From a candidate division WOR-3 bacterium (lineage in GTDB: Bacteria > Hydrothermota > Tepidihabitantia > Tepidihabitantales > Tepidihabitantaceae), in NCBI GenBank assembly GCA_965648905.1, contig CBFGIT010000015.1, forward strand, positions 10,846 through 74,845: DNA of 64,000 bases. The letters are read 5' to 3'. A program made the translations under genes and the position numbers. Shown here one piece after another: positions 10,031 to 19,515 of this stretch. The notes under the pieces are model-generated. The model was not told the DNA's origin, made no database searches, and saw only the letters and a program-made list of their open reading frames with translations. The number at the start of each line of letters is the position of its first letter. The first letter of the stretch is position 1.

Positions 10031-13000
10031 ATGAGACAGTTCGTCCTGCTGGTGATTGCCTGTGTGGTGCCGACCCTGGCCGGCACAGTGACAAGGTCAG
10101 TGGCTTTCAGTGCTTCTGACCTGACCCTGTCCCGCGCTGGCGAGTATGACGTTGTTGACCTTAAGGGCTTTCCGGCCCTGATTGAGCCGGGTGCGCCGCG
10201 CGTGCCGCGTGTGGTCGAGCTGGTCTCGATTCCAGCCGGAGCCGAGCCGACCGGAGTCGAACTGGTGACCGCAGAATGGCAGACCGTTGGCCAATACCGG
10301 CTTGCACCGGCCCAGCCGGACCAGCCTCTGCCCATGCCCGGCCGCGTTTTCGAGCCTCGGCTGTTCCCGCCTGATCCGAGTATCTACTCGTCGGCCGAGA
10401 CGTACCCGAAAGAGCCGGTCCGGCAGCTTGAGTTTGGGACCCTTGGTGGGTATCGCATCGCCTTTGTCGAACTGCGACCGGTGCGCTGGGTGCCAGCCAC
10501 AGGCGAACTACAGCTAGCGGCAAGACTCGTCTACCGTCTGAAGTACGAGCAGCAGGGCCGGGACAACCTGGTGCCGAGCGTGCGGCAGAAGGCGTTGTAC
10601 GGCAAGCTGGTGCGCGAGATGGTGGTCAATCCGCGTGACGTGGCAGCAAACGCGCCGGCAGTAGGACGAACCGTCGTGACAATGCTGCCGCCGGGTGAGT
10701 ATGACTACGTTGTCATCAGCGAGCCACCGCTCGACACGGTGTTTGCACGTCTGGCCGCATGGAAGACGCTCAAAGGTGTGCCCGCGACCGTCGTGACGAG
10801 GTCGTGGATTAGCGCAAACTATTCAGGCTATGACCTGCCGGACAAGTTCCGGAACTTCATTATTGACGCGTATCAGACCTGGGGTACGCAGTACGTGCTC
10901 CTGGGCGGTGCGGCAGACCACAAGACCACAGGTCAGAACATCCTCCCGGGCCGGGACGCCTGGTACATAACTCAGGGCGTGGGCTACTATCCGGACGAGG
11001 ATACGATACCGTGCGACCTCTACTTCGGCGGCCTGGATGGAACCTGGGACTACAACAACAATCATGTCTATGGCGAACGGGCGGACCGGGCCGACATGTT
11101 GAGCGAGGTATTTGTCGGTCGGGCATCGGTGAATAACGTGGCCCAGGCCCAGAACTTCGTGGCCAAGACCCTGAGCTATGAGCAGAACCCACCGGCCGGA
11201 TATCTCTGTAAGATGCTGCTGCCGACCGCAATTCTCTGGTCAAGCTACAACGAACGGCCGATGCAGGAGTCGATTGCCCGAATGACCCCGACCAACTGGC
11301 AGGACTCGCGTCTCTACGAGCGCACCAGTACCCTGTCACGTCAGGCAATGCGGGACTCGATGAACTCAGGATTTGGTCTGGGCCACTGGGTCGGACACGG
11401 TGACGAGAACGGCATCTACATGGGTTCTTCGCCCTACCTCAATTCCTCGGATGCCGATGCGCTGACCAACGGCGCGAAGCAGGGTATTCATGCCTCGATC
11501 GCCTGTTTCACCGGCGCGTGGGACGAAGTGCCGGGCGGGGACTGCTTTGCCGAGCACCTGATGAACCGCGCCGGCGGTGGCTCGGTCGGCATGGCGATGA
11601 ACTCGCGCTACGGCTACGGTGCGTACGTCAGCGGCTATGTGCCCGGGCCGTCGGAACGGCTCGACACGGTCTTCTTTGCCCGAATCCTCGACCACGACGA
11701 GTATCATGCCGGTCAGGCGCTGGCATTCTCGCGCGGATTCTGGTCGCCTTATGCCGACTCGGGCGGCCGCTACGACATGCAGCGGTTCTGCATCTACGAG
11801 TTGAATCTCTTCGGCGACCCGGAGCTCTCAGTCTGGACCCGGGAACCGGTTGCCTTGAGTGCGACCCATGCGGGCGTGATTGCCCTGGGCAACAACGTGC
11901 CCTATCAGGTGACGGTCACCGACCCGAGTACCGCACCGGTTGAGTCGGCTCTGGTTCTGCTCTGGAAAGGAAACGAAGTCTATACCCGGGCACGCACCAA
12001 CTCCTCAGGCCAGGTGACACTGCTGGTTTCGACCCAGACCCCGGGCCCGATGCTTCTTTCGGTCAGTGCCCGGAACCACTCTGTCCTTGTGGACACGGTG
12101 CGGGTCATTGCTTCGCAGCGCTATGTCACTTACCTCAAGTCCTGGGTCTATGACCCGGGCCCGGGTGGAAACAACGACTCGATTCTGAACCCGGGTGAGA
12201 GCGTCCGGCTGCCGACCTGGGTCAAGAACTGGGGGCAGCAGGCCGCCAACTCGGTCCAGGCCGTGCTGCGGACACACGACCCGCACGCCCGCATCACCGA
12301 CTCGGCAAAGACGTTCGGCAATATCCCGGCCGGCGACTCGGCATACACCGGAACAAACGGGTTTGGGCTGGAGGTTGACTCAGGACTTGCGAACGGCTGT
12401 TCAGTCGCCTGCTCACTTGTCTGCCAGGACGCTCTTGACTCAATCTGGGTCTCGACTGTCGTCTACAAGGTCGGTACGCCAGTCTTGAGCAATGGGCCGG
12501 TGACATTCCGCGACTCGGCACGGGGCAACGGCAACGGCCGGCTCGACCCGGACGAGGCTTCAGACCTGGTGATTGAAATCCGAAACCTGGGCCTTGGCCA
12601 CGCGACCAACTGCCGGGGCTGGCTCAGCTCCGGCGACACACTGCTCTGGGTAATCGACCCGGACGCCAGCTTCGGCACAATCCGGGCCGGAGATACGGTC
12701 ACCAACATGAACGACATGTTTGCGGTTCGGGCCGCGGCCGGGGTTCCGCTTGAGACCCGGGTAAGCTGCACCCTGCGTCTGGTTGCAGACGGCGGCTATT
12801 CGGTCACCCTGCCTTTTACCATCCTTGTGGGTGAAATCCGTCAGCCTGACCCGATTCCTGACGGGCCAAGACTGCCGGCCCGCTACTACGCCTACGACGA
12901 CATTGACCAGGCCTACCCGCATCGTCCTGACTATAACTGGTTTGAAATCAAGACCTTGGGTACGCAACTGACATACCCTCACAACGACGATGTCCTGGTG

Positions 13001-13834
13001 CTGTCTCTCCCGACTGAGTTCGGGCCGCTTCGGTTCTATGGCTCGCGCCATACTCAGATGTCGGTGAGTGCGGACGGCTGGCTGTGTCCGGGCTCTTACA
13101 CGACGCGGCACTATGCCAACACCGGCCTGCCCGATGCATCGACCCCGCCGGGAATGGTCTGCATGAACTGGGATGACCTGTATCCGGGATATGGCAGCCA
13201 GGGCTTTGTCTACTACTACCACGACGCAGTCAATCATCGGCTGGTGATTGAGTATGACAGCGTTGCCTACTACAACCCGAACAACGTGCGCGACAAGTTC
13301 CAGGTGTTCATCTACGACACGACCGTGGCAACCTACACCGGTGACAACCTGATTGTCGTGCAGTACAAGACCGCGAACCGCTACTCAAGCTCGACCGTCG
13401 GACTTGAAGACCCGACCCGCACAATCGGCATTCAGGCCCTCTACGACCTAGACTATCACCGTGGCTGTGCTCCGATTGCTCCGGGCCGGGCAATTGCCTA
13501 TCGGACCGACCCGCCGACGAGCGTTGGCGCAAGCGAGCCGACCCAGGAGATGAACCTGGCCGGACGGCTGCTGAGCGTGGCTCCAAACCCGGTCCGCGGC
13601 CGCGCTCTTGTGGCCTGGCAACTCATCCGACCGGGCCGGGCGAGTGTCGCAGTCTTTGACGCGGCCGGCCGGCTCGTGCGCGAACTGGCCAACGATGCGA
13701 TGGAGCCGGGCCGGTATCAGGCAGATTGGGACGGTAGAACCGAGTCAGGCCGGAATGTGGCTCGCGGCATCTACTTTGTCCGGCTAACGACCGAATCGGG
13801 CAATGCTCAGCAGAAGGTGGTCATAGCGCGCTAG
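10031..13834 (+). CDS. Gingipain-like C25 cysteine peptidase with propeptide and FlgD/T9SS-like CTD
   Basis: AGGAG RBS; signal peptide; propeptide region; WKTLKG, YVLLGG, CDLYF, VGR, GHG (catalytic His), IACFTG (catalytic Cys), NLFGDP. Confidence 0.9.
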   Translation: MRQFVLLVIACVVPTLAGTVTRSVAFSASDLTLSRAGEYDVVDLKGFPALIEPGAPRVPRVVELVSIPAGAEPTGVELVTAEWQTVGQYRLAPAQPDQPLPMPGRVFEPRLFPPDPSIYSSAETYPKEPVRQLEFGTLGGYRIAFVELRPVRWVPATGELQLAARLVYRLKYEQQGRDNLVPSVRQKALYGKLVREMVVNPRDVAANAPAVGRTVVTMLPPGEYDYVVISEPPLDTVFARLAAWKTLKGVPATVVTRSWISANYSGYDLPDKFRNFIIDAYQTWGTQYVLLGGAADHKTTGQNILPGRDAWYITQGVGYYPDEDTIPCDLYFGGLDGTWDYNNNHVYGERADRADMLSEVFVGRASVNNVAQAQNFVAKTLSYEQNPPAGYLCKMLLPTAILWSSYNERPMQESIARMTPTNWQDSRLYERTSTLSRQAMRDSMNSGFGLGHWVGHGDENGIYMGSSPYLNSSDADALTNGAKQGIHASIACFTGAWDEVPGGDCFAEHLMNRAGGGSVGMAMNSRYGYGAYVSGYVPGPSERLDTVFFARILDHDEYHAGQALAFSRGFWSPYADSGGRYDMQRFCIYELNLFGDPELSVWTREPVALSATHAGVIALGNNVPYQVTVTDPSTAPVESALVLLWKGNEVYTRARTNSSGQVTLLVSTQTPGPMLLSVSARNHSVLVDTVRVIASQRYVTYLKSWVYDPGPGGNNDSILNPGESVRLPTWVKNWGQQAANSVQAVLRTHDPHARITDSAKTFGNIPAGDSAYTGTNGFGLEVDSGLANGCSVACSLVCQDALDSIWVSTVVYKVGTPVLSNGPVTFRDSARGNGNGRLDPDEASDLVIEIRNLGLGHATNCRGWLSSGDTLLWVIDPDASFGTIRAGDTVTNMNDMFAVRAAAGVPLETRVSCTLRLVADGGYSVTLPFTILVGEIRQPDPIPDGPRLPARYYAYDDIDQAYPHRPDYNWFEIKTLGTQLTYPHNDDVLVLSLPTEFGPLRFYGSRHTQMSVSADGWLCPGSYTTRHYANTGLPDASTPPGMVCMNWDDLYPGYGSQGFVYYYHDAVNHRLVIEYDSVAYYNPNNVRDKFQVFIYDTTVATYTGDNLIVVQYKTANRYSSSTVGLEDPTRTIGIQALYDLDYHRGCAPIAPGRAIAYRTDPPTSVGASEPTQEMNLAGRLLSVAPNPVRGRALVAWQLIRPGRASVAVFDAAGRLVRELANDAMEPGRYQADWDGRTESGRNVARGIYFVRLTTESGNAQQKVVIAR

Positions 13835-14053
13835 TTGGTACGTCGGCTGACCTGCGCGGTCTTTGCGACGAGTTCAGCAGCAGACCGTTCTTCGGCTCAT
13901 CACAGGTATTAGAGCAGCCAGCCGGCTGAATCTAACGCCGACGCAGTGTCCAACATCAGGATGGTCTGCGTGCAGGCGCGTAACTGCCCGTCACTGAGCG
14001 AGTTGCACTCCGAGTCCAGTCCTGACAACCGCTGTCCGGTGGGCGGTTCCCCA

Positions 14054-14329
14054 GAGCATTCCTCATGGCATTTCGGGCCTGAATGTCAGTGTCATCGGTC
14101 TATTCCATGCGCTCGGCCTTGGACGTGTGACTCTCGTCAGGAATGCCGCGGGAAACCCAAGCTGAGACCTGCCCGACACTGCAGTCGGCATGAGTCGATT
14201 GGTGATAGCCAACATGACCAACATCACTCTACGCAGCACTCCAGCCATGACGACGACCGGCACTGAAACAGGCACGACCAGAAGCATTTCGCAATGTACG
14301 GCCAGCGGCAATGCCATCAGTCACACCAT
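14054..14329. repeat. Degenerate non-coding array with 12-bp period (~23 units, consensus ~C(A/G)GCAYnnCC..)
   Basis: Read in 12-mers from 14054: gagcattcctca, tggcatttcggg, cctgaatgtcag ... cggcatgagtcg, caacatgaccaa, catcactctacg, cagcactccagc, catgacgacgac, cggcactgaaac, aggcacgaccag, aagcatttcgca, cggcaatgccat. 18 of 23 units have A at column 5. Confidence 0.75.
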
Positions 14330-14373
14330 CCTTGACTTGCTTTTGCGACGGCTAGTTATACCGCGTATGTCAA

Positions 14374-14502
14374 GGGGAATTCCGGTGACACAGTATGCGA
14401 TTCCTTTAGCTGGACGTGGCCGAGGATGAGAGCTGTAAGGGGGAATTCCGGTGACACAGTACGCGATTCCTTTCGCCGGACGTGGCGGATGAGACCTGTG
14501 AG
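14374..14502. repeat. Two tandem ~66-bp direct repeats (GGGGAATTCCGGTGACACAGTAYGCGATTCCTTT...)
   Basis: Copies start at 14374 and 14440; first 34 nt are identical except one base, and the remainder is similar. Confidence 0.9.
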
Positions 14503-14515
14503 GGAGCGGGCGAGG

Positions 14516-14690
14516 GCAGAAGGCAGAAATCAGAATGCAGAGTGCAGAATGGCGGAAGGCGGACGGCGAGAGGCGGGGGAGAACGCGAAGGCAGAGCCTG
14601 GAAGCTAGAGTGCAGAGTGGCGGGGGTAAGTCAAAGGTCAAAGGGCAAAATCGCGGACGGCGGATGGCGGGAAGCGGCAGGTGGGCCGCT
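14516..14690. repeat. 7-bp-periodic purine-rich tract (GCAGAAN-type; also GTCAAAG-type)
   Basis: gcagaag gcagaaa tcagaat gcagagt gcagaat. 14516-14553 matches the reverse complement of 63742-63779 at 35/38 nt. Confidence 0.8.
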
Positions 14691-14755
14691 TGCGTGATGA
14701 TTCCGAAAGGGCGAATCCGGCTATCCTCATATAATGTCTAAAGTTATGTACCAGA

Positions 14756-15307
14756 ATGACAGACGAAGTGAAAGGCCCGGTCACCGAGCTTCAGGAGTCG
14801 TTCCAGAAGCTGGAGCTTGACTGTAAGAAGTTGCAGGAGGATTACTTACGAGCGCTGGCCGACTTCGATAACTACCGACGGCGCACCGAGCGGGACCTGG
14901 AAGTGAGTCAGCGGCTGGCGCTTGAGCGGCTGGTCATGGACCTGCTGCCGGTGCTGGATAACTTTGACCGGGCTGTGTCCTCGGTAAGAAGCGACATGCC
15001 GATTGAGAGCGTTCACAAGGGCATGGAGCTGATTCATCGCCAGTTGCGTGAGGCAATTTGCAAGCATGGCGTTGAGGAGTACTCTTGCGTCGGACAGGAG
15101 TTTGACCCGAGAAAGGCCGAGGCGATTGGCTACGTGGAGTCGGGTGAGCACCCGCCGAACGTGGTCGTCACTGAAGCATGCAAGGGCTATCTGTGCAGCG
15201 GCAAAGTCATGCGGCCGGCGCGGGTGATTGTTGCCAGGCCTAAGTCGGTCCCGGACGCGGCAGTTGTGGTCGGTGAGCAGGAGTCTGAGCCTGCGCCGGA
15301 TGCGTGA
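14756..15307 (+). CDS. grpE: Nucleotide exchange factor GrpE
   Basis: LRALADFDNYRRR, LLPVLDNF, FDP, KGY...RPARV; lies upstream of dnaK. Confidence 0.95.
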   Translation: MTDEVKGPVTELQESFQKLELDCKKLQEDYLRALADFDNYRRRTERDLEVSQRLALERLVMDLLPVLDNFDRAVSSVRSDMPIESVHKGMELIHRQLREAICKHGVEEYSCVGQEFDPRKAEAIGYVESGEHPPNVVVTEACKGYLCSGKVMRPARVIVARPKSVPDAAVVVGEQESEPAPDA

Positions 15308-15388
15308 GTCGGTAGTCAGGATACGAAGGCCGGGCGTAAATACATGGCGTGAGGCCGATGTTGAGATTCATCAAGCAGGAGGATTGTG

Positions 15389-17290
15389 ATGGCGAAAGTT
15401 ATCGGCATTGATTTGGGTACGACCTATTCTTGCGTTGCCGTGATGGAGCGCGGTCAGCCGGTCGTGATTCCGAACCCGGAAGGGGGCAGAATCACGCCGT
15501 CGGTCGTCGCGCTGGGCAAGGAGCGACTGGTTGGAACTCTGGCCAAGCGGCAGGCGGTAATCAACCCGGAGTCGACCGTCTACTCCATCAAGCGGTTCAT
15601 GGGGCGCCGGTACTCGGAGGCACTGGATGATGTCAAGCGCGTGCCGTTCCGCGTGATTGAGAACGCGAACGGCGATGCCTGGGTTGAGGTTGATGGCAAA
15701 CGGATGTCGCCGCCCGAGGTTTCGGCGATGGTCCTGCAGTACCTGAAGAAGGCAGCCGAGGCATATCTCGGCGAGGCAGTGACCAAGGCGGTGATTACCG
15801 TGCCGGCGTACTTCAATGACTCACAGCGTCAGGCAACCAAGGACGCAGGCAAGATTGCCGGTCTGGATGTGCTGCGCATCATCAACGAGCCGACCGCGGC
15901 TTCGCTGGCCTATGGTCTGGACAAGAAGAAGGCGGAGCGGATTGCCATCTATGACCTGGGCGGCGGCACGTTCGACATTTCGATTCTCGAAATCGGCGAG
16001 GGCGTGTTCGAGGTCAGGTCGACCAATGGCGATACGCACCTGGGCGGTGACGACTTTGACCAGCGGATAATGGACTGGGTGCTGGAGGAGTTCAAGCGCG
16101 AGAACGGCATCGACCTGTCGCGCGATAAGACCGCACTGCAGCGAGTGAAGGAAGCCGCGGAGAAAGCCAAGTGCGAGCTCTCGACCTCGATGGAGACATC
16201 AATCAACCTGCCGTTCATCACCGCGGACGAGAAGCGCGGGCCGCTGCACATCGACCTGCGTCTGACCCGCTCCAAGCTCGAATCACTGGTCGAGGACCTG
16301 GTTCAGCGGTCACTTGGGCCGGTCAAGCAGGCGCTGACCGATGCCAAGGTGACACCGCGTGAAATCGACGAGGTTATTCTGGTCGGCGGTCAGACACGGA
16401 TGCCCCGGGTCCAGCAGTTGGTCCGTGAGTTCTTCGGCAAGGAGCCGCACAAGGGTATCAACCCGGATGAGGTCGTGGCGATCGGCGCGGCGATTCAGGG
16501 CGCGGTCCTGGCCGGCGAAGTCAAGGACGTGGTTCTCCTCGACGTCACCCCGCTTTCGCTGGGCATCGAAACCCTGGGCGGTGTGATGACGAAGATTATC
16601 GACCGCAACACTACCATCCCCACACGCAAGAGTCAGGTATTCACTACTGCTGAGGACGGTCAGCCCGCGGTAACCGTGCACGTGCTCCAGGGTGAGCGCG
16701 AGATGGCGGGCGACAATCGGACCCTGGGTCGGTTTGAGCTGACCGGGATCCCGCCTGCGCCGCGCGGCACGCCTCAGATTGAGGTGACTTTCGACATCGA
16801 TGCCGACGGCATTCTCCACGTGACGGCCAAGGACAAGGCCACGGGTAAGGAGCAAAGCATCAGAATCACGGCGTCGTCCGGCCTGTCCAAGGATGAGGTT
16901 GACCGGATGGTCGGTGAGGCTTCGGCCCATGCGGCTGAGGACCGTCGTCGGCGCGAGCTTGTTGACAGCCGCAACAAGGCCGATACGCTTATCTATCAAA
17001 CCGAGCGCACCCTCAAGGACTTCGGCGATAAGGTCCCGGCCGCTGACAAGAAGCAGATTGATGACGCGATTGGCAACCTGCGTCAGGCCGTGAAGGGTGA
17101 CGACAAGGCGGCGATTGACTCGGCAATTGAGCAGTTGCAGAAGGTAAGCTACAAGCTGGCCGAGGAGATGTACCGCCAGAAAGAGGCCGGCGCTCAGCCC
17201 GGGCCGGAGCCAGGTGCCGGCAAGGAAGAGCCGCAGGCAGGAAAGAAGGTCGACGCAGACTATACGGTTATCGACGAGGAGAAAAGGTAG
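15389..17290 (+). CDS. dnaK: Chaperone DnaK (Hsp70)
   Basis: [45 protein letters not shown]. Confidence 0.99.
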   Translation: MAKVIGIDLGTTYSCVAVMERGQPVVIPNPEGGRITPSVVALGKERLVGTLAKRQAVINPESTVYSIKRFMGRRYSEALDDVKRVPFRVIENANGDAWVEVDGKRMSPPEVSAMVLQYLKKAAEAYLGEAVTKAVITVPAYFNDSQRQATKDAGKIAGLDVLRIINEPTAASLAYGLDKKKAERIAIYDLGGGTFDISILEIGEGVFEVRSTNGDTHLGGDDFDQRIMDWVLEEFKRENGIDLSRDKTALQRVKEAAEKAKCELSTSMETSINLPFITADEKRGPLHIDLRLTRSKLESLVEDLVQRSLGPVKQALTDAKVTPREIDEVILVGGQTRMPRVQQLVREFFGKEPHKGINPDEVVAIGAAIQGAVLAGEVKDVVLLDVTPLSLGIETLGGVMTKIIDRNTTIPTRKSQVFTTAEDGQPAVTVHVLQGEREMAGDNRTLGRFELTGIPPAPRGTPQIEVTFDIDADGILHVTAKDKATGKEQSIRITASSGLSKDEVDRMVGEASAHAAEDRRRRELVDSRNKADTLIYQTERTLKDFGDKVPAADKKQIDDAIGNLRQAVKGDDKAAIDSAIEQLQKVSYKLAEEMYRQKEAGAQPGPEPGAGKEEPQAGKKVDADYTVIDEEKR

Positions 17291-17389
17291 TATTCTGCGT
17301 GCGGTGACGCACGCGCCGGGCCGGACGCTTCAGGAAGAATCTCCTGGGCGTACGGCTGTCGGCGCTCAAGATGACATCGAGCTGGCTGG

Positions 17390-18532
17390 ATGATGGCGGC
17401 AACCAAGCGGGATTACTATGAGGTACTCGGTGTACCGCGCACCGCGAGTGCCGCGGACGTGAAAGCCGCATACCGGCGCCTCGCCAAGGAGCACCACCCA
17501 GACCGCAATCCGGACAACCGGGCCGAGGCCGAGGAGAAGTTCAAGGAACTCTCTGAAGCCTACGAAGTACTGGCCGACGAGAGTAAACGGCGTCTCTACG
17601 ATGCGTACGGACACGAAGGGGTCTCGCGCCAGTTCGGGCCGGGCGGGTTTGACTTTCGCCGTGACTTCACTCATGCCGATGACCTTTCGGACATCTTCGG
17701 CGACCTGTTGCGCGGCTTTGGTGAAGGCCTGGGTGGCGGCAGTCTGTTCGATGTTGTTTTCGGCGGGCGCGCAGCGCACGACCGGCGGGCAGCACGGGGC
17801 GGCGACATCAGGATAAGGATGCCGCTGACCTTGGAGGAAATTGCCGGTTCGGTGACCAAGGAAGTGAGCTTCACGCGATTCGAGATGTGTGCTGACTGCC
17901 GGGGCGAAGGCGGCACCGGCAAGGAAACCTGCATTACCTGCCACGGACAGGGTCAGATTCGGCAGCGCTCAAGCTCGGTCTTTGGCCAGTTTGTGCATGT
18001 AAGCGTCTGCCCGACCTGTGACGGTGCCGGATATCGGGTGAAGCAGCAGTGCGGGAGCTGCGCTGGTGAGGGCCGGGTGCGCAAACAGCGGACACTGAAA
18101 GTGAGAATCCCGGCCGGGGTGTCTTCGGGCAACTATCTGCCGCTGCACAACGAGGGACACTACGGCCCGGGCGGAACCGGTGACGTGCTGGTCGAGATAC
18201 TGGAAAAGGAGCACCCTCTGTTCCTGCGTCAGGGTGACGATGTGGCGGTAGAAGTACCCGTGTCAGTTTCTCTGGCTGCTCTGGGCGGCAAGGTCAAGGT
18301 TCCAACACTCTCGGGCGAAAGAGAGATTGAAGTGCCGGCCGGGACCCAGTCCGGTTCGATTGTCCGGCTGCGCGGGGCAGGGGTCAAGCACCTGGACGGC
18401 GGTACCGGCGACGAGCTGATTAGGATTGTCGTGCACGTTCCCAGGCGACTCTCACGCGAGGAGAAGAACCTGCTCAGGAAGTTGGCCGAGCAGGCTGCCG
18501 AGCCGGTGCCGGCACCAAGAAAGCCGGTCTAG
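17390..18532 (+). CDS. dnaJ: Chaperone DnaJ
   Basis: J-domain with HPD, G/F region, four CxxCxGxG repeats. Confidence 0.98.
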   Translation: MMAATKRDYYEVLGVPRTASAADVKAAYRRLAKEHHPDRNPDNRAEAEEKFKELSEAYEVLADESKRRLYDAYGHEGVSRQFGPGGFDFRRDFTHADDLSDIFGDLLRGFGEGLGGGSLFDVVFGGRAAHDRRAARGGDIRIRMPLTLEEIAGSVTKEVSFTRFEMCADCRGEGGTGKETCITCHGQGQIRQRSSSVFGQFVHVSVCPTCDGAGYRVKQQCGSCAGEGRVRKQRTLKVRIPAGVSSGNYLPLHNEGHYGPGGTGDVLVEILEKEHPLFLRQGDDVAVEVPVSVSLAALGGKVKVPTLSGEREIEVPAGTQSGSIVRLRGAGVKHLDGGTGDELIRIVVHVPRRLSREEKNLLRKLAEQAAEPVPAPRKPV

Positions 18533-19272
18533 TGGAGCTGTACTACAGCCCGACTCTGTTCGACGAAAAGCGGGTCAGACTCACCGGACCTGAGGCCAGG
18601 CACATCAGCCGCGTGCTTAGACACCGGGCCGGGGACGTAATCTGGGTGACTGACGGCCGGGGCCGGGAATGTGAGGTTCTGCTTGATTCGATTGGCCGGG
18701 ACCTGGTGACCGGAAACGTACAGAAGACTCGGGTGCGGCCGCGCGAGCCGGTGCATCGCATCGGTCTGGCCCAGGCCGTGCTCAAGGGTGACAAGCTGTC
18801 TCAGGTCTGCGAGGCTGCGACCGAACTCGGCATTACCGAGTTTATCCCGGTGCGAACCGCGCGCACAGTCAGTCGCCTGAGCGGGCCGCGACTCCAGCGC
18901 CTGCGCCAGGTGGCCCTGGCGGCGATGAAATCGAGCACCGGCACGGTTCTGCCGGAGATCGGACCCGGGGTTGACTTAGAAGGTCTGCTGCAGGCTGCCG
19001 GCAGGTATGACCAGACCCTGGTTGCCTACGAGGAAGAACGGTGCAGCGAGCTTGCTTCCGTACTCAAGCCTGATGCCGGTTCGCTGCTGATTGTTATCGG
19101 CCCGGAAGGCGGGTTCGAGCCCGATGAGGTCGCCCGGCTGAAACAAGTCGGGGCAGGGAGTTTCACTCTGGGCCCGAGAAGGCTGCGGGCTGAGACCGCG
19201 GGCGTGGTTGCCGTGGCCGCGGTCCTGCAGTTGTTGGGTGAGATGTGCAGGAAAGAAGAAACGACCAGTTGA
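18532..19272 (+). CDS. rsmE: 16S rRNA m3U1498 methyltransferase
   Basis: HISRVLR, ATELG, IGPEGGF, LGPRRLRAETA. Confidence 0.95.
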   Translation: MELYYSPTLFDEKRVRLTGPEARHISRVLRHRAGDVIWVTDGRGRECEVLLDSIGRDLVTGNVQKTRVRPREPVHRIGLAQAVLKGDKLSQVCEAATELGITEFIPVRTARTVSRLSGPRLQRLRQVALAAMKSSTGTVLPEIGPGVDLEGLLQAAGRYDQTLVAYEEERCSELASVLKPDAGSLLIVIGPEGGFEPDEVARLKQVGAGSFTLGPRRLRAETAGVVAVAAVLQLLGEMCRKEETTS

Positions 19273-19291
19273 AAGGAGGTGTTATCGGGTC

Positions 19292-19489
19292 ATGGTAGGT
19301 ATTACTGTCAAAGACGGCGAGTCCTACGAGAGTTTCATCCGGCGGTTCCGCCGGGCGTGTGAGAACGCCGGGATTCTGCGCGAGGTGAAACGTCGTGAGT
19401 TCTACGAGAAGCCGAGCGAGAAACGCAAGCGCCGGCAGGCCGAGGCAAGACGCCGGGCCTTCCGCCGCCGCCAGCAGGACAGCATGTAA
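19292..19489 (+). CDS. rpsU: 30S ribosomal protein S21
   Basis: IRRFRR...GILREVKRREFYEKPS; AAGGAGG upstream. Confidence 0.95.
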   Translation: MVGITVKDGESYESFIRRFRRACENAGILREVKRREFYEKPSEKRKRRQAEARRRAFRRRQQDSM

Positions 19490-19515
19490 CAGACTGGCAG
19501 AATACGGAGCAGCAG

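Noticed and set aside
14374..14502. Possible mini-CRISPR array
   Set aside because: Only two copies, the 'spacers' resemble each other (tandem duplication), and there are no cas genes.
13946..14741. Several short ORFs over the 14-kb repeat island
   Set aside because: No RBS and low-complexity translations with 4-aa or 7-nt periodicity; best explained as non-coding repeats.
14690..14755. CIRCE operator upstream of grpE
   Set aside because: No TTAGCACTC-N9-GAGTGCTAA match; only a TATAAT at 14730 without a clear -35.
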